Counted from the stretch's first letter, positions 1-13,535 are shown. The stretch is DNA of 64,000 nt from Schmidtea polychroa (GCA_044892525.1 CM097885.1:12278001-12342000); one strand, 5' to 3'. The notes: generated by a model not told the origin, from the sequence alone. Numbers and translations are program-made.

Positions 1-3000
1 AGACAGAATAATGATATCAAAGCGTCAATAAGTGAAGGCAATTGAACACGAAGATTGCAACAATCAAGAAGTAGGAGACAAGACGAGAACAATCATGGAA
101 CTGCAGGAAGAGATAAATGCAATACGACAACAATTAAACAATAAAAACACCGGTAAGTTATGTTTTTATCATAGTAAATTTGGGCATAGGGCGATGAAAT
201 GTCAACCGCCATGTGAATGGAATGCAAATCAGAACGACAACTATCAATCGGGGAAGTACAACAGAGAGAAATATCAAAATTTCGAACCGTCAAACATATC
301 CTCAAGGAACAACAACAACAATTTCAACAAAAACAGCAACTTCAACAAAAACGGTAACTTCAACAGCAACAACCACAGAGAGAACCAGGGAAACGAGAGA
401 AGGTTTCATTGAACCCGAACAGTGAAACCTACAAAATCATATCCTCTTTCTCGGGACAAAACAACTCACAAATATTCGAAATACCAGCAATCATAAATGG
501 AGAACAAATTGACTTTCTCATAGATACAGGCGCCATCTCAGCATCCTTCCCGCAAACCGTTTCAAGCCTGATAGAAATGGAGAACATCGATCTTTAGTAT
601 CCGCCAACAATTCATTAATCACATACCACGGGCAGAAAACGATTGAATTTACTATTGAAGGATTCAGAACTAAATTTATATGGTCTTTTGCTATAGCCGG
701 CATATCTCGTTCAATTTTAGGTGCAGACTTCCTGGCCCATCACAAAATCGATGTTAGTTGTCATTCCAGATCAATTTGTTGCCCTAGCAGTAACGAAAGA
801 ACAGAAGCGCGGAGAAGCCAATGTGCCAAGATCTGTGCTACAATCAACAAAGAAACCACATTAACCACGAAACTACAAATTATCACCAATGGTTCCCCTG
901 TAGCTCAAAGACAAAGACCACTTTTTGGAGAAAAATTAGTTGCAACAAAGAAAGAGTTTGACAGACTCTTAAATGAAGGTGTGAGTCGGCCAAACAAGAG
1001 TGACTGGGCATCTCCATTAGTAGTGGTTAAGAAGCCGGATGGGTCATGGCGGCCTTGTGGAGACTACAGAATGTTAAATGAAATAACCCAGCCTGACAGA
1101 TATCCACTTCCAAGAATTCAAGATTTACTGAACAAGATAAACAACCCTCATGTATTCACTAAATTAGATTTGGAAAAGGCATATCATCAAATTCCGATTT
1201 GTGACGGAGACATTTCAAAGACAGCAGTCATAACACCTTTTGGATTGTTCGAATATACGAAGATGCCTTTTGGACTTCGAAACGCATCTCAAACGTTTCA
1301 GAGACAAATGGACAACGTACTCCGAGAACATCAGGAGCATACCTTATCCTATATTGATGATGTTCTGATATTCTCCAAGACTGAAGCAGAGCATAAAGAA
1401 CACGTGGCAAGGGTGATGGCCAGTATTCAAGCCGCTGGTCTCACAATCAACCAGAGCAAATGCGAATTCCAAACCGAAAAGGTAAACTTTTTGGGTTTTG
1501 AATTAACAAAACAAGGAATAAAACCCTCTGAAGAACGCACGTTGGCAATTAGCAATTTAAAGAAGCCAACTAACAGTCAAGATTTACGACGTTTCATTGG
1601 TGGCATCGGCTATTATCACTGGCTAATTCCAAGGCTGTCAGATACACTGAGTCCACTGCATGACTTGTTACAAGAGTCGGTCAATAAAAAGGAAGATCTC
1701 TTATGGCAAGACTGCCATACACACGCTTTATTGAGTGCCAAAAATTCGGTACGTGAAATCAGCAACGTTTCATATCCTAACCCGTCCAAGCCATTACTAT
1801 TATGCACTGACGCATCTTCTAAAGCAATTGGAGCAAGTCTAAGTCAAATCAACGAAGAAAATAAATCATTTCCAATTGCTTTCTTTTCGAGGAAATTAAA
1901 TCTAACCGAACAGAAGTATTCTACCTTTGACAGGGAGTTACTGGCAATATTCTTATCTATAAAACATTTTAAGCATTTCTTAGACGGTTCTCATTTCACA
2001 GTCATGACGGACCACAAACCTTTACTACGAGCTAGACATATGAAAGATCCATCGCCAAGGCAATGGCGAATAATCGAATACCTTGATCAATTTGATTTCA
2101 CCATCGAATTCATCAAAGGGGAAGATAATGTAGTCGCCGATCTCTTGTCCAGACCATGCAGTAATCAAAACCTAATCAAAAAACGTTGGAAATTAATTTC
2201 GTCGAATTCACGAAAGAAAGGTTAAAAGAAGAACAAAGGAAAGATCAGACCTTATCTATGCAAGTCTCCAGTTATGTAGTACTACGGATGACATTCTCAT
2301 TGACAATTCTACGGTGGAAACCAGAGTAATACTGCCAAAAATATTCCGACATCAAGAATTTCTAAGAATTCATAACATATCGCATCCAGCATCCAAACCA
2401 ACGATAGAACTGATCAAGGCGAGATATGTGTGGCCTCAGATGAAAAGCGACATCAGAGAGTGGTGTAGACAATGTCAAAGATGTCAAAGTGCAAAAATAA
2501 CAAGACACACACATGCTCCTTTAGGTACCATAGAAACCAAAGGAAGGTTCATTACAGTCCATCTAGATATAGTGGGTCCTCTTCCGAGTGTCGATAACAA
2601 GAGATATATCATGACAATGATAGACCGAGGAACGTCATGGGTTGAAGCAATTTCTATATATGATGTCACAGCTAATATGATCATAAGAACATTTGAAAGA
2701 GAGTGGATCAGTCGCTTTGGTGTTCCAGAAATTGTCATAACAGATCAAGGAACACAATTTGAATCAGAAAAATTCTCCAATTTCTGCAAGGTAATGGGAA
2801 TCGAAAGGAGGCGAACAACAGCCTATCACCCTCAATCCAATGGGAAGATAGAAAGATGGCACAGAGCCATGAAAAACTCAATAAGAGCCACATCAGAAGA
2901 CTCCTCCAAGATGTGGGCTCATGATCTCCCCAAGATTCTACTCAGTCTAAGAAACTGCACGAAGTCTAATGGGTCTCCATCAGCAGCGCAACTCACATTC

Positions 3001-3503
3001 GGTTGTCGAGCCAGATTACCCGGAGATTTTGTCATTAGTGAACCAACATTAACCGATATAGAAGAGAAGTTGACATCGATTCAAGAGGAAATCGACTCAC
3101 AACTAAGTAACAAACAAACAAGCCAACCAAAAGAACATAGTTTTGTAAGCAAACTATTAGTTCACTGCAAAAGAGTGTGGCTTCGATTTGAATTTAGGAA
3201 ATCGTTAGAAGATCCGTACACGGGACCATACGACGTCATAGAAAGACCCGATGACAATAAAACGGTAAAAATCAAAATCGGAGACCAAGTAAAGAATGTT
3301 AGCATCGACCGTCTCAAGCCATGGATTGGAACGGACGAATTGGCTCCGCAATCTTAAGGGGGAGTTGTGTTGGGACATTAATTAATTATTCAACACAATA
3401 ATTTTAAAACAATATTTAAAAACAATTTAATTTGTTTAAATATTGTGTTTGATATAAAATAAAATTTTTGGAACACCAAACACGTGTAACTATGAGTCTT
3501 ACA
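1..3503 (+). mobile_element. Ty3/Gypsy LTR retrotransposon, CsRn1-like, frameshifted; 5' end outside window
   Basis: Gag CHCC knuckle CFYHSKFGHRAMKCQPPC; protease FLIDTGA; RT YIDD and RNase H (TDAS, DRELLA) at 981-2225; integrase HHCC/DDE/GPY at 2314-3357; PPT aagggggag ~3356-3364; short 3' LTR ~3368-3503 (TGT...ACA). The pol frame is broken in several places. Confidence 0.93.
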
Positions 3504-3666
3504 ATGACATTATATGATTCTGTGACTTATTTGATGATTATTAACTTATTTATTAATTTTGTGTTTATAACAATGTATGTAGCCTATTATGTATTAGATA
3601 AATTCAGTGTCACAACAATGTCAAATGTCTAAAACATAATTTTAAGCACCAATAGGTGTAATGTTG

Positions 3667-3885
<219 letters not shown>

Positions 3886-4691
3886 AGTATGTATTATAAC
3901 AGATCATGAAGATAATGAAATAATTGATATTTTTGTACTAATCAATGTAATATTAAATTAAAATTCTTTAAAAGATGTTTGTGTTTTATTTATATAAGAA
4001 CCATCACGTTGAAATTCGAGTAACATCAACATATTATATACATTTTAATAAATTATATTCGATATTTACCAACATAATTAAATTTGGGACGCCAGATTCC
4101 TGCTTGGCACAGGGCGCAATTATAGCTCACTACGACCCTGTGTAGGACCACATATTTAATAACGGTCCGGCAGCTTTAGTCATTTTCCATTCATATTAAG
4201 TTTATTTCTAACAGATCAATTTAAACAACGCAACTATTTCCAAACAGACCATTGAAACTTTTTTTAAGATGTCATGATATTTGTTTCTCATTTTCTGTTT
4301 TTTTTATTTTCAAACGGTGCCGACTTTCAAAATCCCTATTAATTAATAAATTAGTTAGTTTTATTGATTTCCTGCTATCCTCATCTCATTTTTGATTTTT
4401 TATTCATTATAATTTAAATAATTAAAACTGCTGCTTTTTACTTTTGTTTGTCTTTCCGATTCATTTTAAAATTATTTTGATAACTTTAATTTTTCTTTTT
4501 TAGATATTCCTAACATATTAAATTTTTATATTTTTTTACACACATAATGAAAAATGCACATAAACATTTCAAATGAATTGATTTCCAATTTGAAATCGAG
4601 ATAAATTACTATTTATTAGTTTAAGTGTTTAAATATATTCAATAAGCGATGTTTTGTTGTGGTAATTCTTGTGGACTTTCATTATTTTATT

Positions 4692-5149
4692 ATGAGTGTC
4701 AAGGTTGTTGTGACTTATTGGTAAGATTGATTTCTAATATGGGCATTTTATTAATTTTATTTATTTTAATTATATAGTGGCTCATGAGGTTATGGAAGCA
4801 AGGTAATCGGTTAAACATTGGATAGGTAAATGAATTATATAATTTCTAGTTTCAGAGCTTGAAGAAAGATCTGGAACTTGAATTTCCAAACAAACTAACC
4901 ATTGTAAGTTTTTGTATTTTTCCTTTGGGTTAAATTTATTTTCTTTCCAAGACTTCGACTTCAACTCCGACCAAAACTGGATGGTTTGAAGTAGAAGTAA
5001 ATGGTAAACTGATTCATTCGAAAAAGGTATTACAGTGGATTTTTATTTCATGCTTATGTGTTTTATTTAAGAATGGCGATGAATTTGTTGATAACGACAA
5101 AAAATTACAAAAGATCTTCGATGAGATAGCTAAAGCATTGAAACAATGA
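4692..5149 (+). CDS. SELENOW: Selenoprotein W paralog A, copy 1 (86 aa, Sec13)
   Basis: GT-AG exons 4692-4720, 4778-4802, 4850-4903, 4952-5026, 5072-5149 give MSVKVVVTYCGSUGYGSKFQSLKKDLELEFPNKLTITSTSTPTKTGWFEVEVNGKLIHSKKNGDEFVDNDKKLQKIFDEIAKALKQ. In-frame TGA at 4785-4787 sits in CxxU; Rdx motif TGxFEV present. Confidence 0.95.
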
Positions 5150-5181
5150 ACATTTTTAGTTTTTAAATAGTTTTATTTTGT

Positions 5182-5249
5182 ATTGCCAACTCGATGAAAA
5201 TTGTTGTTAAAAATCATTGATTTGCAGCGATTTGATGTTTTCTGGTAAT
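5182..5249 (+). promoter_or_regulatory. SECIS element (type II, AUGA core) of SelW-A copy 1
   Basis: Helix I attgcca/tggtaat; core ATGA 5194-5197 and TGAT 5233-5236; helix II aattgttgt/gcagcgatt; apical AA plus mini-stem aaatc/gattt. Confidence 0.88.
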
Positions 5250-6157
5250 CAATAGATTTGTTAGGCTTTTACCAAATGTTTTTGGAATATTATTTATTTA
5301 TTATCTTATTCAATTAATTATTTATTCACACTTTGAACTTATCTCTAAATCTGAATGTTTACACTAATGTTACTAGGAAGCCGCCATTTTGAATTTATAT
5401 TCATGTTTTAAATATGATTTTGAGAAATTTATTTAATTATGTTTAGGTTATTAATTTATTAAGATCTTGAAAAATATTAATTTTAAAATTATTAGAAAAT
5501 GAGAGGTGGGCAGCGAGTTGGCGAATAAGGTAATCGCCTTGGGCCCCACACGAGCCCATAGGGAGCCAACGTTTTCAGAAAAACCCCTCTTTGTAATCAA
5601 TATCAGCATTTACTTATTAAACCAAAATAAATATTCAAAAATAGAAATAAGATAATCAAAATATCCATTCTCGACATGACCTTTCCCATCATCTCATTTA
5701 CATCTGACCCGTTTTCAAATTCTAATTCGATGATTTCTTGATTTTGAATTTTCAATAAAGCTTTTTTCAATTATATTGAATTTATCACAGGCTTATCACT
5801 ACGCCAGACTAAGTGCTATTGATAATTGTGTAGAATAAAAAGTGTTATTGAAAGTAGTGGAAAGAGAGATTGTTATATTAAAGTATGTGGTTAATAAAAT
5901 TGTAATTGTGGTGATTTCGAATAAACGTTTTTGTGTTGGACTGTACGATTAATTTAACTTACGACACCAAGGAGTTAGATATTGATAACGACATTCATAA
6001 ATACCCAATAATTATGCAATCTTCAATATCTTTCTGAATATAAAACAAATTATTGATCGATAGTCTAAAAAGTAATGAAGATAAAGGAAATGTCTCTCCG
6101 TGTATAATCAATAACAATAAGAACAATAAAGACAAATTATGAATACTATTTATTGGT

Positions 6158-6224
6158 AGCTAAATAACATCAAATTATTGAAAATCAAAAAAGATTTTTA
6201 TCAATAACCATCACTGAATTAGCT
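6158..6224 (-). promoter_or_regulatory. SECIS element (GUGA core) of SelW-B copy 1
   Basis: Reverse complement of 15583-15649. Confidence 0.85.
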
Positions 6225-6269
6225 CTCAATTCTATAACTAAAACTAAGATTTTAGACCACTACAAATGT

Positions 6270-6725
6270 TTATTTCAAGGCCTCTGTAACGGCATCGTAG
6301 ATTTTCTTCTTCTTTTCATTATTATCAACGAAGCCATCGCCGTTCTACAGATTTTATTTATCCAAAATATTCTATATGAAAATTCCAACCTTTTTTGAAT
6401 GAACAAGAGTTCCATTAACTTCAACCTCGAACCATCCGGTTTGCTTTGGAGTGGCACTCGATGTCTGAAATCGGAAACCAAATGTAAACATTCAATTACT
6501 TAAAAATTACTGACAAAAGTTAATTTCTGAGGAAACTTAAGCTCCAGATCCTTTTTAAAGCTCTGAAACTAAATAAATTTTTTTCAAAAGTGCTGCTAAA
6601 AATAATTATATATTTCTTTACCTTAGACGAGTATCCTCAGGCACCGCTTGATTTGAATAAACAATTAATTGAATTTTAATTAAATTACAAAATTACCAGT
6701 AAACCACATTTATTTTCACAGACAT
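6270..6725 (-). CDS. SELENOW: Selenoprotein W paralog B, copy 1 (85 aa, Sec13)
   Basis: Mirror of 15082-15537. Sec TGA at 6637-6639 (tca on +). Intron-1 acceptor is AAG here and CAG in the other arm. Confidence 0.93.
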
Positions 6726-7848
6726 TTTATAGTAGCAAATATTTTACAATAAGATAACAAAATTTAAACTAGTTTGTTGTTAAATTTATTATATAATTAT
6801 TATTTGAGTTACTGATTGGCTTTTATTTCTATTCATTTAAACAATTAATTCTATAGGTTAAATATAAATTCTCTATTTCGTTTCTCTATTGTTTAAAACA
6901 CACAGAAAATCGTTAAGTTACTTCATTTAAACAAAAATGATGTTTAGTCTGTATAATGTCAGTATTAAATCATTTTTAATATTATATGAAAACATTGGTG
7001 CAATTGTATTATAGTTCAATATAACAAATAATCATTGAATAAAATTTACGGCAAAATATTCAAACTGTTAGAATTATAATTTTAATGTGTTAAAATAATT
7101 GATAGAAACGTGGACCCCAGCTAAACACGAATCTTCAACTATCATGAATTGTTTTGGTGAAATTTGGGGCCCCGTTGTTTTTATTTGCGATACTTCCCAC
7201 CAATATTTTGTTAAATATAAATTTTGTTTAATTGATAATTACATAATTTTTAGATATCTGTTTTAATCGATGATTATGTCAAAGATTTTAATATTTTATA
7301 GGAGTTGTTGATCTCCACGCTTCAAATGAAATACTTGTTTTAATAATGTGATAAAGTCATTGCCAATTTGAAATTATTCTTTAAGGGCGTTATTTTGGAA
7401 TTTATTTTGGAACAAATCAATGCTTCTTGGTGCATAGCAGAACAATTCCTCGCAGACATACACACACGCACGCACACGCATATAGCAACAGCACTGCAAT
7501 TCAATAAAAATGCTGCTTTATTGCTATTGTTAACGATAAATTATTTTAGAATATTTATGATTAAATTTTTCTTTTTGTGTCAAGCTATTTTATTTAACCA
7601 GAAATGATAAAATTAACATTAAATTGATTATAAAAATGGAATAAAATTGTAAATTAAATAATGGAAGACTGAGCATAATCAACAAGAAATTAATTAGGAA
7701 ATTTAGGTTCAAAATGGAGTTCATCGGTTTCAAGATTTTTATGCTAAAGAAATGGACATATTTATATTTGAAACTCATCTTAAATTTGATATTATAAAAC
7801 CACCAGACAATTTACAACTAGACCTAATTGATTTGCAAATAATTTTAA

Positions 7849-8264
7849 CCACTTAATATACCGTATTTTAGCGCATATAACGCGCGCGGTATCTGATTAC
7901 AATAAACAATAAAACCGATGGTAGGGTTACTGTCACATCATAAAAATATTTCCACTGGCAATGCCGCCACGTGTAAAATATAAATCATAAAGCGCGCACC
8001 CACAGATACCGCGCATGGGGGGTGCACGGTTTGTAAAAATGCGTATAACGCGCGCGTTATATGCGCTAAAATACGGTACACATTTATTTTGAATTTTGTG
8101 TCTTTACTGAAATAAACATATAAAAAATAATATAATAAAGAAAGTAATTCAAAAAAATTAAATAATTAAACAATTCAAACAACACGTTATAAACACGCTA
8201 TACGTAAATATCATAAATAAATATAATGTTCGCCCGTCTATGTCACGGCACGTACATTAAGTGG
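7849..8264. mobile_element. Non-autonomous piggyBac-type element
   Basis: TTAA|CCACTTAAT ... ATTAAGTGG|TTAA: terminal inverted repeats with TTAA target duplication. Confidence 0.75.
7861..8076. mobile_element. Tc1/mariner-pogo-type MITE
   Basis: Perfect TIR ccgtattttagcgcatataacgcgcg / cgcgcgttatatgcgctaaaatacgg, flanked by TA. Confidence 0.9.
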
Positions 8265-9217
8265 TTAATGAAAATTATTTAATTGCATTTTATTCAAATC
8301 TACCAGAAAACAAATTTCCCAATTTAAGAAATATCAATGATTTGTATCTTTTCAAGAAACTATTTATGCGAACAAACATTTTCAAGAATGAATTACATAA
8401 AATCGCAATATAGAACGAGGTTGACGGATGAAAATTTACAACACTCGTTAAGGATCTCAGTATCCCAAACAGAACCGGACTTAAATGAATTAACAGAAAA
8501 TATTCAAGAACAAAAAGCACATTAAATTTTAATAAATGAATAAACTGAAAAATTTGTTATTTTCATATTTTCCCTATACATATGTAATTAAAATTTTATT
8601 TTTTTCCTTTTTGAGAGTTGAAAAATTTTTGTTCTCTGACATTATTGTTATTATAGCATGTTAAAAATAATATATTTTTTCTATTTATTTTTAATAATAT
8701 TTATACTCGTTTATGGTATGAAAGCGCTATTTAAGATACATTTGAATGTGCGACCCACCTAAAAGATTTATTTTGAAAATTGCCTGTCTTCCGAAAAAGT
8801 TTGCCGACCCCTGATCTAGAAAATTACACTTAATTATTTCCTCGGGAATCCTAAATCAATATTTGAGGGTTTTCTGATTCTTTTAATTTGTTTACCCTTG
8901 AATAGGGCTCAAAATATTCCCTCTTTTATCTTATTATCACGTTTCCTTCAGCGCTCGGGCTTTCCATTACCGATTAATTAATTTTAATTAATTTGTCTTT
9001 TCGAATTAACTTTCCCTGTGAACACCTTATTAAATTTTCATTATAATTTCTGAACTCATCTATCAATTTGGCGTTTAATTGATAATTACATAATTTTTAG
9101 ATATATGTTTTAATCGATGATTATGTCAAAGATTTAAATATTTTATAGGAGTTGTTGATCTCTATGCTTCAAATGAAAAACTTGTTCTAATAATGTGATA
9201 AAGTCAGTTGATGGTTG

Positions 9218-9422
9218 TGTCACCGCTAGATCACATTCCCCCGTGTAAATTTAAAAAAAAAATTCAAGGTCAAATTTTAAACAAAGACCATGACTCATCA
9301 AGGTCATTTCAAGGTCGTGTGTCTCATCGCGATGACTCATCAAGGTCATATTATTATTTTTCAAAATATTATTATTTTATTATTATTTTTCAAAAATATT
9401 ATTAATTGATCCAGCGGTGACA
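9218..9422. mobile_element. Small MITE-like element
   Basis: Inverted repeat tgtcaccgctagatca / tgatccagcggtgaca; internal caaggtc repeats. Confidence 0.6.
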
Positions 9423-9963
9423 TACTATTAAAAAATATAAGATAAATGAGAATTTTTCATAAAAATTATAAAAATAAACCTCCTTTCATTTTGAAGTAAT
9501 AAAATATCAAATTAATTAAATAAAAACGAAACTTGTTATTAAATTTTATAGAATATTTCCTACAAAGAAACGTAGCCTGGACGGTTGTGAGAGACCATTT
9601 GGGTTTCCTAGAATATACTTCTTTATACATAGATCCTAATCTCAACGACTCTTTGATCCCTTCATAAATAAACGACGTACTGATAAATCTGTCAGATAAT
9701 ATCCCAATTAATCACCTATAAATTTATTATTATTACCGAAAAATTTCCTAATTAATTTCTTGTTGATTATGCTCAGTCTTCCATTATTTTAATTTTAATT
9801 TTATTCCATTTTTTATAATCAATTTAAAGTTAATTTTATCATTTCTGGTTAAATAAAATAGCTTGACACAAAAAGAAAATTGTTATCATAAATATTCTAA
9901 AATAATTTATCGTTAACAATAGCAATAAAGCAGCATTTTTATTGAATTGCAGTGCTGTTGCTA

Positions 9964-10872
9964 CACCAAACACCACTGAGATACGTTCTCTATAGTGGTG
10001 GTTGGCGTGTAAAATCACTCACCGATTTATTTATCATCATCATCAGCAAATCAAGCAACAATTTATCATGTACTGAATTATGTTTTTTTAATCAATGTTT
10101 TTAAAATCAATTATGTTTTTTGGAAATTTATTTTAGCAATTTTACAAATGGCTTACAAGTAATTTTTTTTATTTAAAGTAAATTTTAAGATTTGAATTTT
10201 GATCCATATGGATATGAGATCATTATTCAAGTTCTTAAATATTACTTTTAATCAACATTATAAATTATTTTTAATTAATTTTCAGGCTTTTTTAGGAATT
10301 TTATGTCTTTTATTAAAGTATTTTGGAATTATTTCGAAAAAATGTGAGTCCGATATATTTTTAATTATAATTAATTAATTAAATAAATCAATCAATGTAT
10401 TTTTTTAAAACATTTTGGGAAAAATCGCTGATTAGAATAATTTTTTTAATTTTTGTAGTTTTTTCTCTGAGCTCAATATGAGGGGATTCTTAAAGGAAAT
10501 CAAATCTGGAGTAAAAATATTTTGAACCAAATTCATCTGCTCTTGATATTTTCATTAAAAATATAATTTAAAAAATTTTCAACGATCTTTTTTTTCTAAA
10601 AATTGTCTAAAATAGAATTATTATAGAAACGTATCTCATCGTTACAATTTTACGAATCAAAAGTTTGTATGTATTTTTTATTATGTGTTGTGCTTGTGTG
10701 CATTTTTTAATTTTCCTTCCACTTTTCAGATTTCTATAATATAAGATGTATCTCATTGAGCTATAAATGAGAACATCAACGTGAAATCAAAGTAAGTATG
10801 TATGTTTCTATAATGTAAGATTATTGATTTTTTTGTTATATTATAGGAAATGCATCTCAGTGGTGTTTGGTG
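9964..10872. mobile_element. TA-flanked TIR element (Tc1/mariner-type MITE)
   Basis: TA|CACCAAACACCACTGAGAT ... ATCTCAGTGGTGTTTGGTG|TA. The empty site is visible in the paralogous sequence near 14322. A related 3' end lies at ~53200-53483. Confidence 0.88.
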
Positions 10873-11184
10873 TATTTGCGTGTGTGTATGTCTGCGAGGA
10901 ATTGTTTTGCACCGAGAAGCCTTGATTTGTGTGTGCATCTGAATCAGTGCTGGTGCTATTGGAATCAATTGAAGCATCCATAGATCATCACTGCCGTACG
11001 GACGAGGCTTTAACATTGACATTTAATTTGAAAATTATTAAATAATATAATTGTGACTTATTATTATTATTATTATTATTATTGAGATTGACAACGACTA
11101 TCTTATAGTCGAAAATTTTTTCATTAAATACATTATTTGCAGCAAAAGGCTTAAATTATCATTTTATTGTTTTATTATTATTAT

Positions 11185-13535
11185 TGTTAGCCGCAACAAC
11201 GTCGAATTCATGTTCAATTTCCATAATTAATAAAATAACCAAATAAAATTACTAAATTAATTTTATTCACAAAACTGCGCTTTTTTGTAATATTCAAACA
11301 ATTTGTTCGAGGCTTTTTTATTATTGTAATTTTGATGCTGATTTCAATGCTGGTTTAATTTATTTTAATATTTAATATATTTTTATATTTTAAACTTACT
11401 TTAATTTATTAATTTAAATGTTTATATAAAAATTTATGTAATCTGATAAATACAATTTAAATGTTTATTAGTAATTCTCAGTTTTAACTTAAACGTGAAT
11501 TCTACCCTTTCATCTCTCTTCTTTAAATTCTTTAATCTTTTCAATATTCCTGATTTAAGACTTCCCACTTTTATCTCTCAGCATATAACTATGATCGTGT
11601 ATTCGTTTTGTTACCGTGTACGGTCCTTCATATCTATCTTGATCCGTGTTTCGTTTTTCTCGTTTGATTAACACTTTGTCTCCAATATCCAACCTCCTTG
11701 CAGTTGTTGTTTCCTCATTTCGTCTTTTACTTTCAATTTTCAATTGGATATCATTCCTGTTGATTCTACTATCATTATACCATTTCGATCTATCAATTTT
11801 CCTACCAAAAATAATTTCAGCTGGGCTTACTCCCGTTGTTTTTTCGATTGTTGCGTTGAGTGTATATTCTATATCTGGGATAAGGTCTGCCCAGTCTTTT
11901 TTTTCCGTCTTTCAGTGATGCATTAATAAAATCTCTTATTGTCCGGAATTGTCTTTCGATTATACCATTCGTATTATGATGATATGGGCTCGAATAGACT
12001 ATCTCGAACCCTGCATTTTTACTTATATTCTTTATGCTATTAGCTTCGAATGTTTTCCCGCAATCTACATGTAGTTCTTTGGGTGCCCCAAATTTTAGAA
12101 TCCAGTTGTTTAACAATATCTTCCCAATTGTCTTTTCATCCTGTTTATTTATAGCTGTTAACGAGATGTATTTGGTGTAATGGTCGATTATTGCGCAAAT
12201 ATATCTTTTCCTGTAAATTTTTCTTTCATTGAGCGACATATGTCCATATATATTTTCTCGAAGGGTTCGGATGCTTCATGTACTTTTGGTTTCTCTTTCA
12301 TCTTTGTAGTTACAACTTTAACTTTTGGGCACGATTCGCAATTTGATATTGTCGTTTTCACTTCCTTTATTAGATCTCTCATATCAAAATTGTTTTGTAT
12401 GTATTTGATAACTTTGTCAACTCCAGCATGGCACAGTAACATATGTGTTTTGTTAATCATTTCTCTTCTTTTGCTCTCTGGTATCCATATTCTTTTATCT
12501 TTGGTATAAATAATATTATCCTCTATTATAAACCTTCCACTTGTTTGCGTTCTTATTTTATTTTTAATCTCCTCTATTTCATCACTATTCATTTGCCATT
12601 CCTCTCCTTTGCCTTCAGTCATTATATTTAACAATCTGGTTTTCATTCTTCCCATTTTAGGATTATCGTGTTCCATAAGGCATTGTACACATGTGCCACA
12701 CGTTTTCCTCGATAACATGTCTGCGTTAGTATGTAGTGTACCCTTTCTAAATTCCTTGTGTATATCAAGGCTACTTAAATAGTTTATCCAGGTCTGGAAT
12801 TGAGCTGTAATTGGTTTCTTCGTGGTTAGCATAAATTTTATTGCTTTATGATCTGTACGTAGTGCAAATCTTTTTCCATATAAATAGTGATTGAAATGCC
12901 GACAAAAATAATATATAGCCAGAAGTTACTTTCTTGTAATACAATAGCCTCTTTCGTGGTCATTCATCGCATGTGAGCCATATGCGATAACTTGCTCATA
13001 TCCCATGTCATTCTTCTGTGATAAGACTGCGCCGATTATATCGAAACTTGCATCCGTATCCAGTATGAATTCTTTCTTAAAATCAGGAAATACGATAATC
13101 GGTGCGGTTATTAATGCCAACTTCATATTCTCAAAAGCCTGCTCACAATTTTTATTCCATATTATTTTGTCGCTATTTTTACCACATATACTCTCTAAAG
13201 CTCTTGCCTTCTTTGCGTATTCTTTAATAAATTTTCGATAATAGTTGCAAATACCCAAGAAACTCCTTAAATTTTTCACACATTTCGGCCTTTAAAATAA
13301 TTGAATAGCTTCAATTTTGCTCTGATCCGTTTGGATGCCGTCTCTATTTATAATATGGCCTAAGAATTTCACTTCGCTTTTCAGTATTTGACATTTTTCA
13401 GGATTAATTCTTAGTTTAGCTTCTGCGATTTTCTGCAATACTCTTTCCAGCAGTTTATAGTGTTCTTCCATTGTGTTAGTAAAAATTAATATATCGTCCA
13501 GATAAACCATTACCCCCTCTTTCCATAAATCCTTT
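11185..13535 (-). mobile_element. 5'-truncated Ty3/Gypsy element (RT-RNaseH-INT plus 3' LTR)
   Basis: RT YLDD; RNase H DTDAS; integrase (H..C..C, IIDHYTKY, PYHHNTNG, EGPY), all frameshifted; PPT gaagagaga next to LTR 11185-11512 (TG...CA). Confidence 0.92.

Larger units (their letters stand above)
3953..7657 (+). repeat. Left arm of large inverted duplication (palindrome)
   Basis: Reverse complement of 14150-17853. Identical ORFs are mirrored (4782-4964/16842-17024; 6275-6481/15326-15532; 7368-7607/14200-14439). About nine differences noticed by eye. Confidence 0.97.
7710..8813 (+). mobile_element. hAT (Charlie/SPIN-like) transposon 3' remnant, interrupted by nested insertions
   Basis: Dimerization-domain motif YLCEQTFSRMNYIKSQYRTRLTDENL (8337-8525); upstream NLQLDLIDLQ; terminal repeat agtttgccgacccctg ends at 8813. 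Confidence 0.85.

Noticed and set aside
4785..4787. In-frame TGA as a pseudogenising nonsense mutation
   Set aside because: It falls at the canonical Sec position in both diverged paralogs, and each has a SECIS.
4782..6481. ORFs 4782-4964 and 6275-6481 (and mirrors) as genes
   Set aside because: Antisense or out-of-frame shadows of SelW exons.
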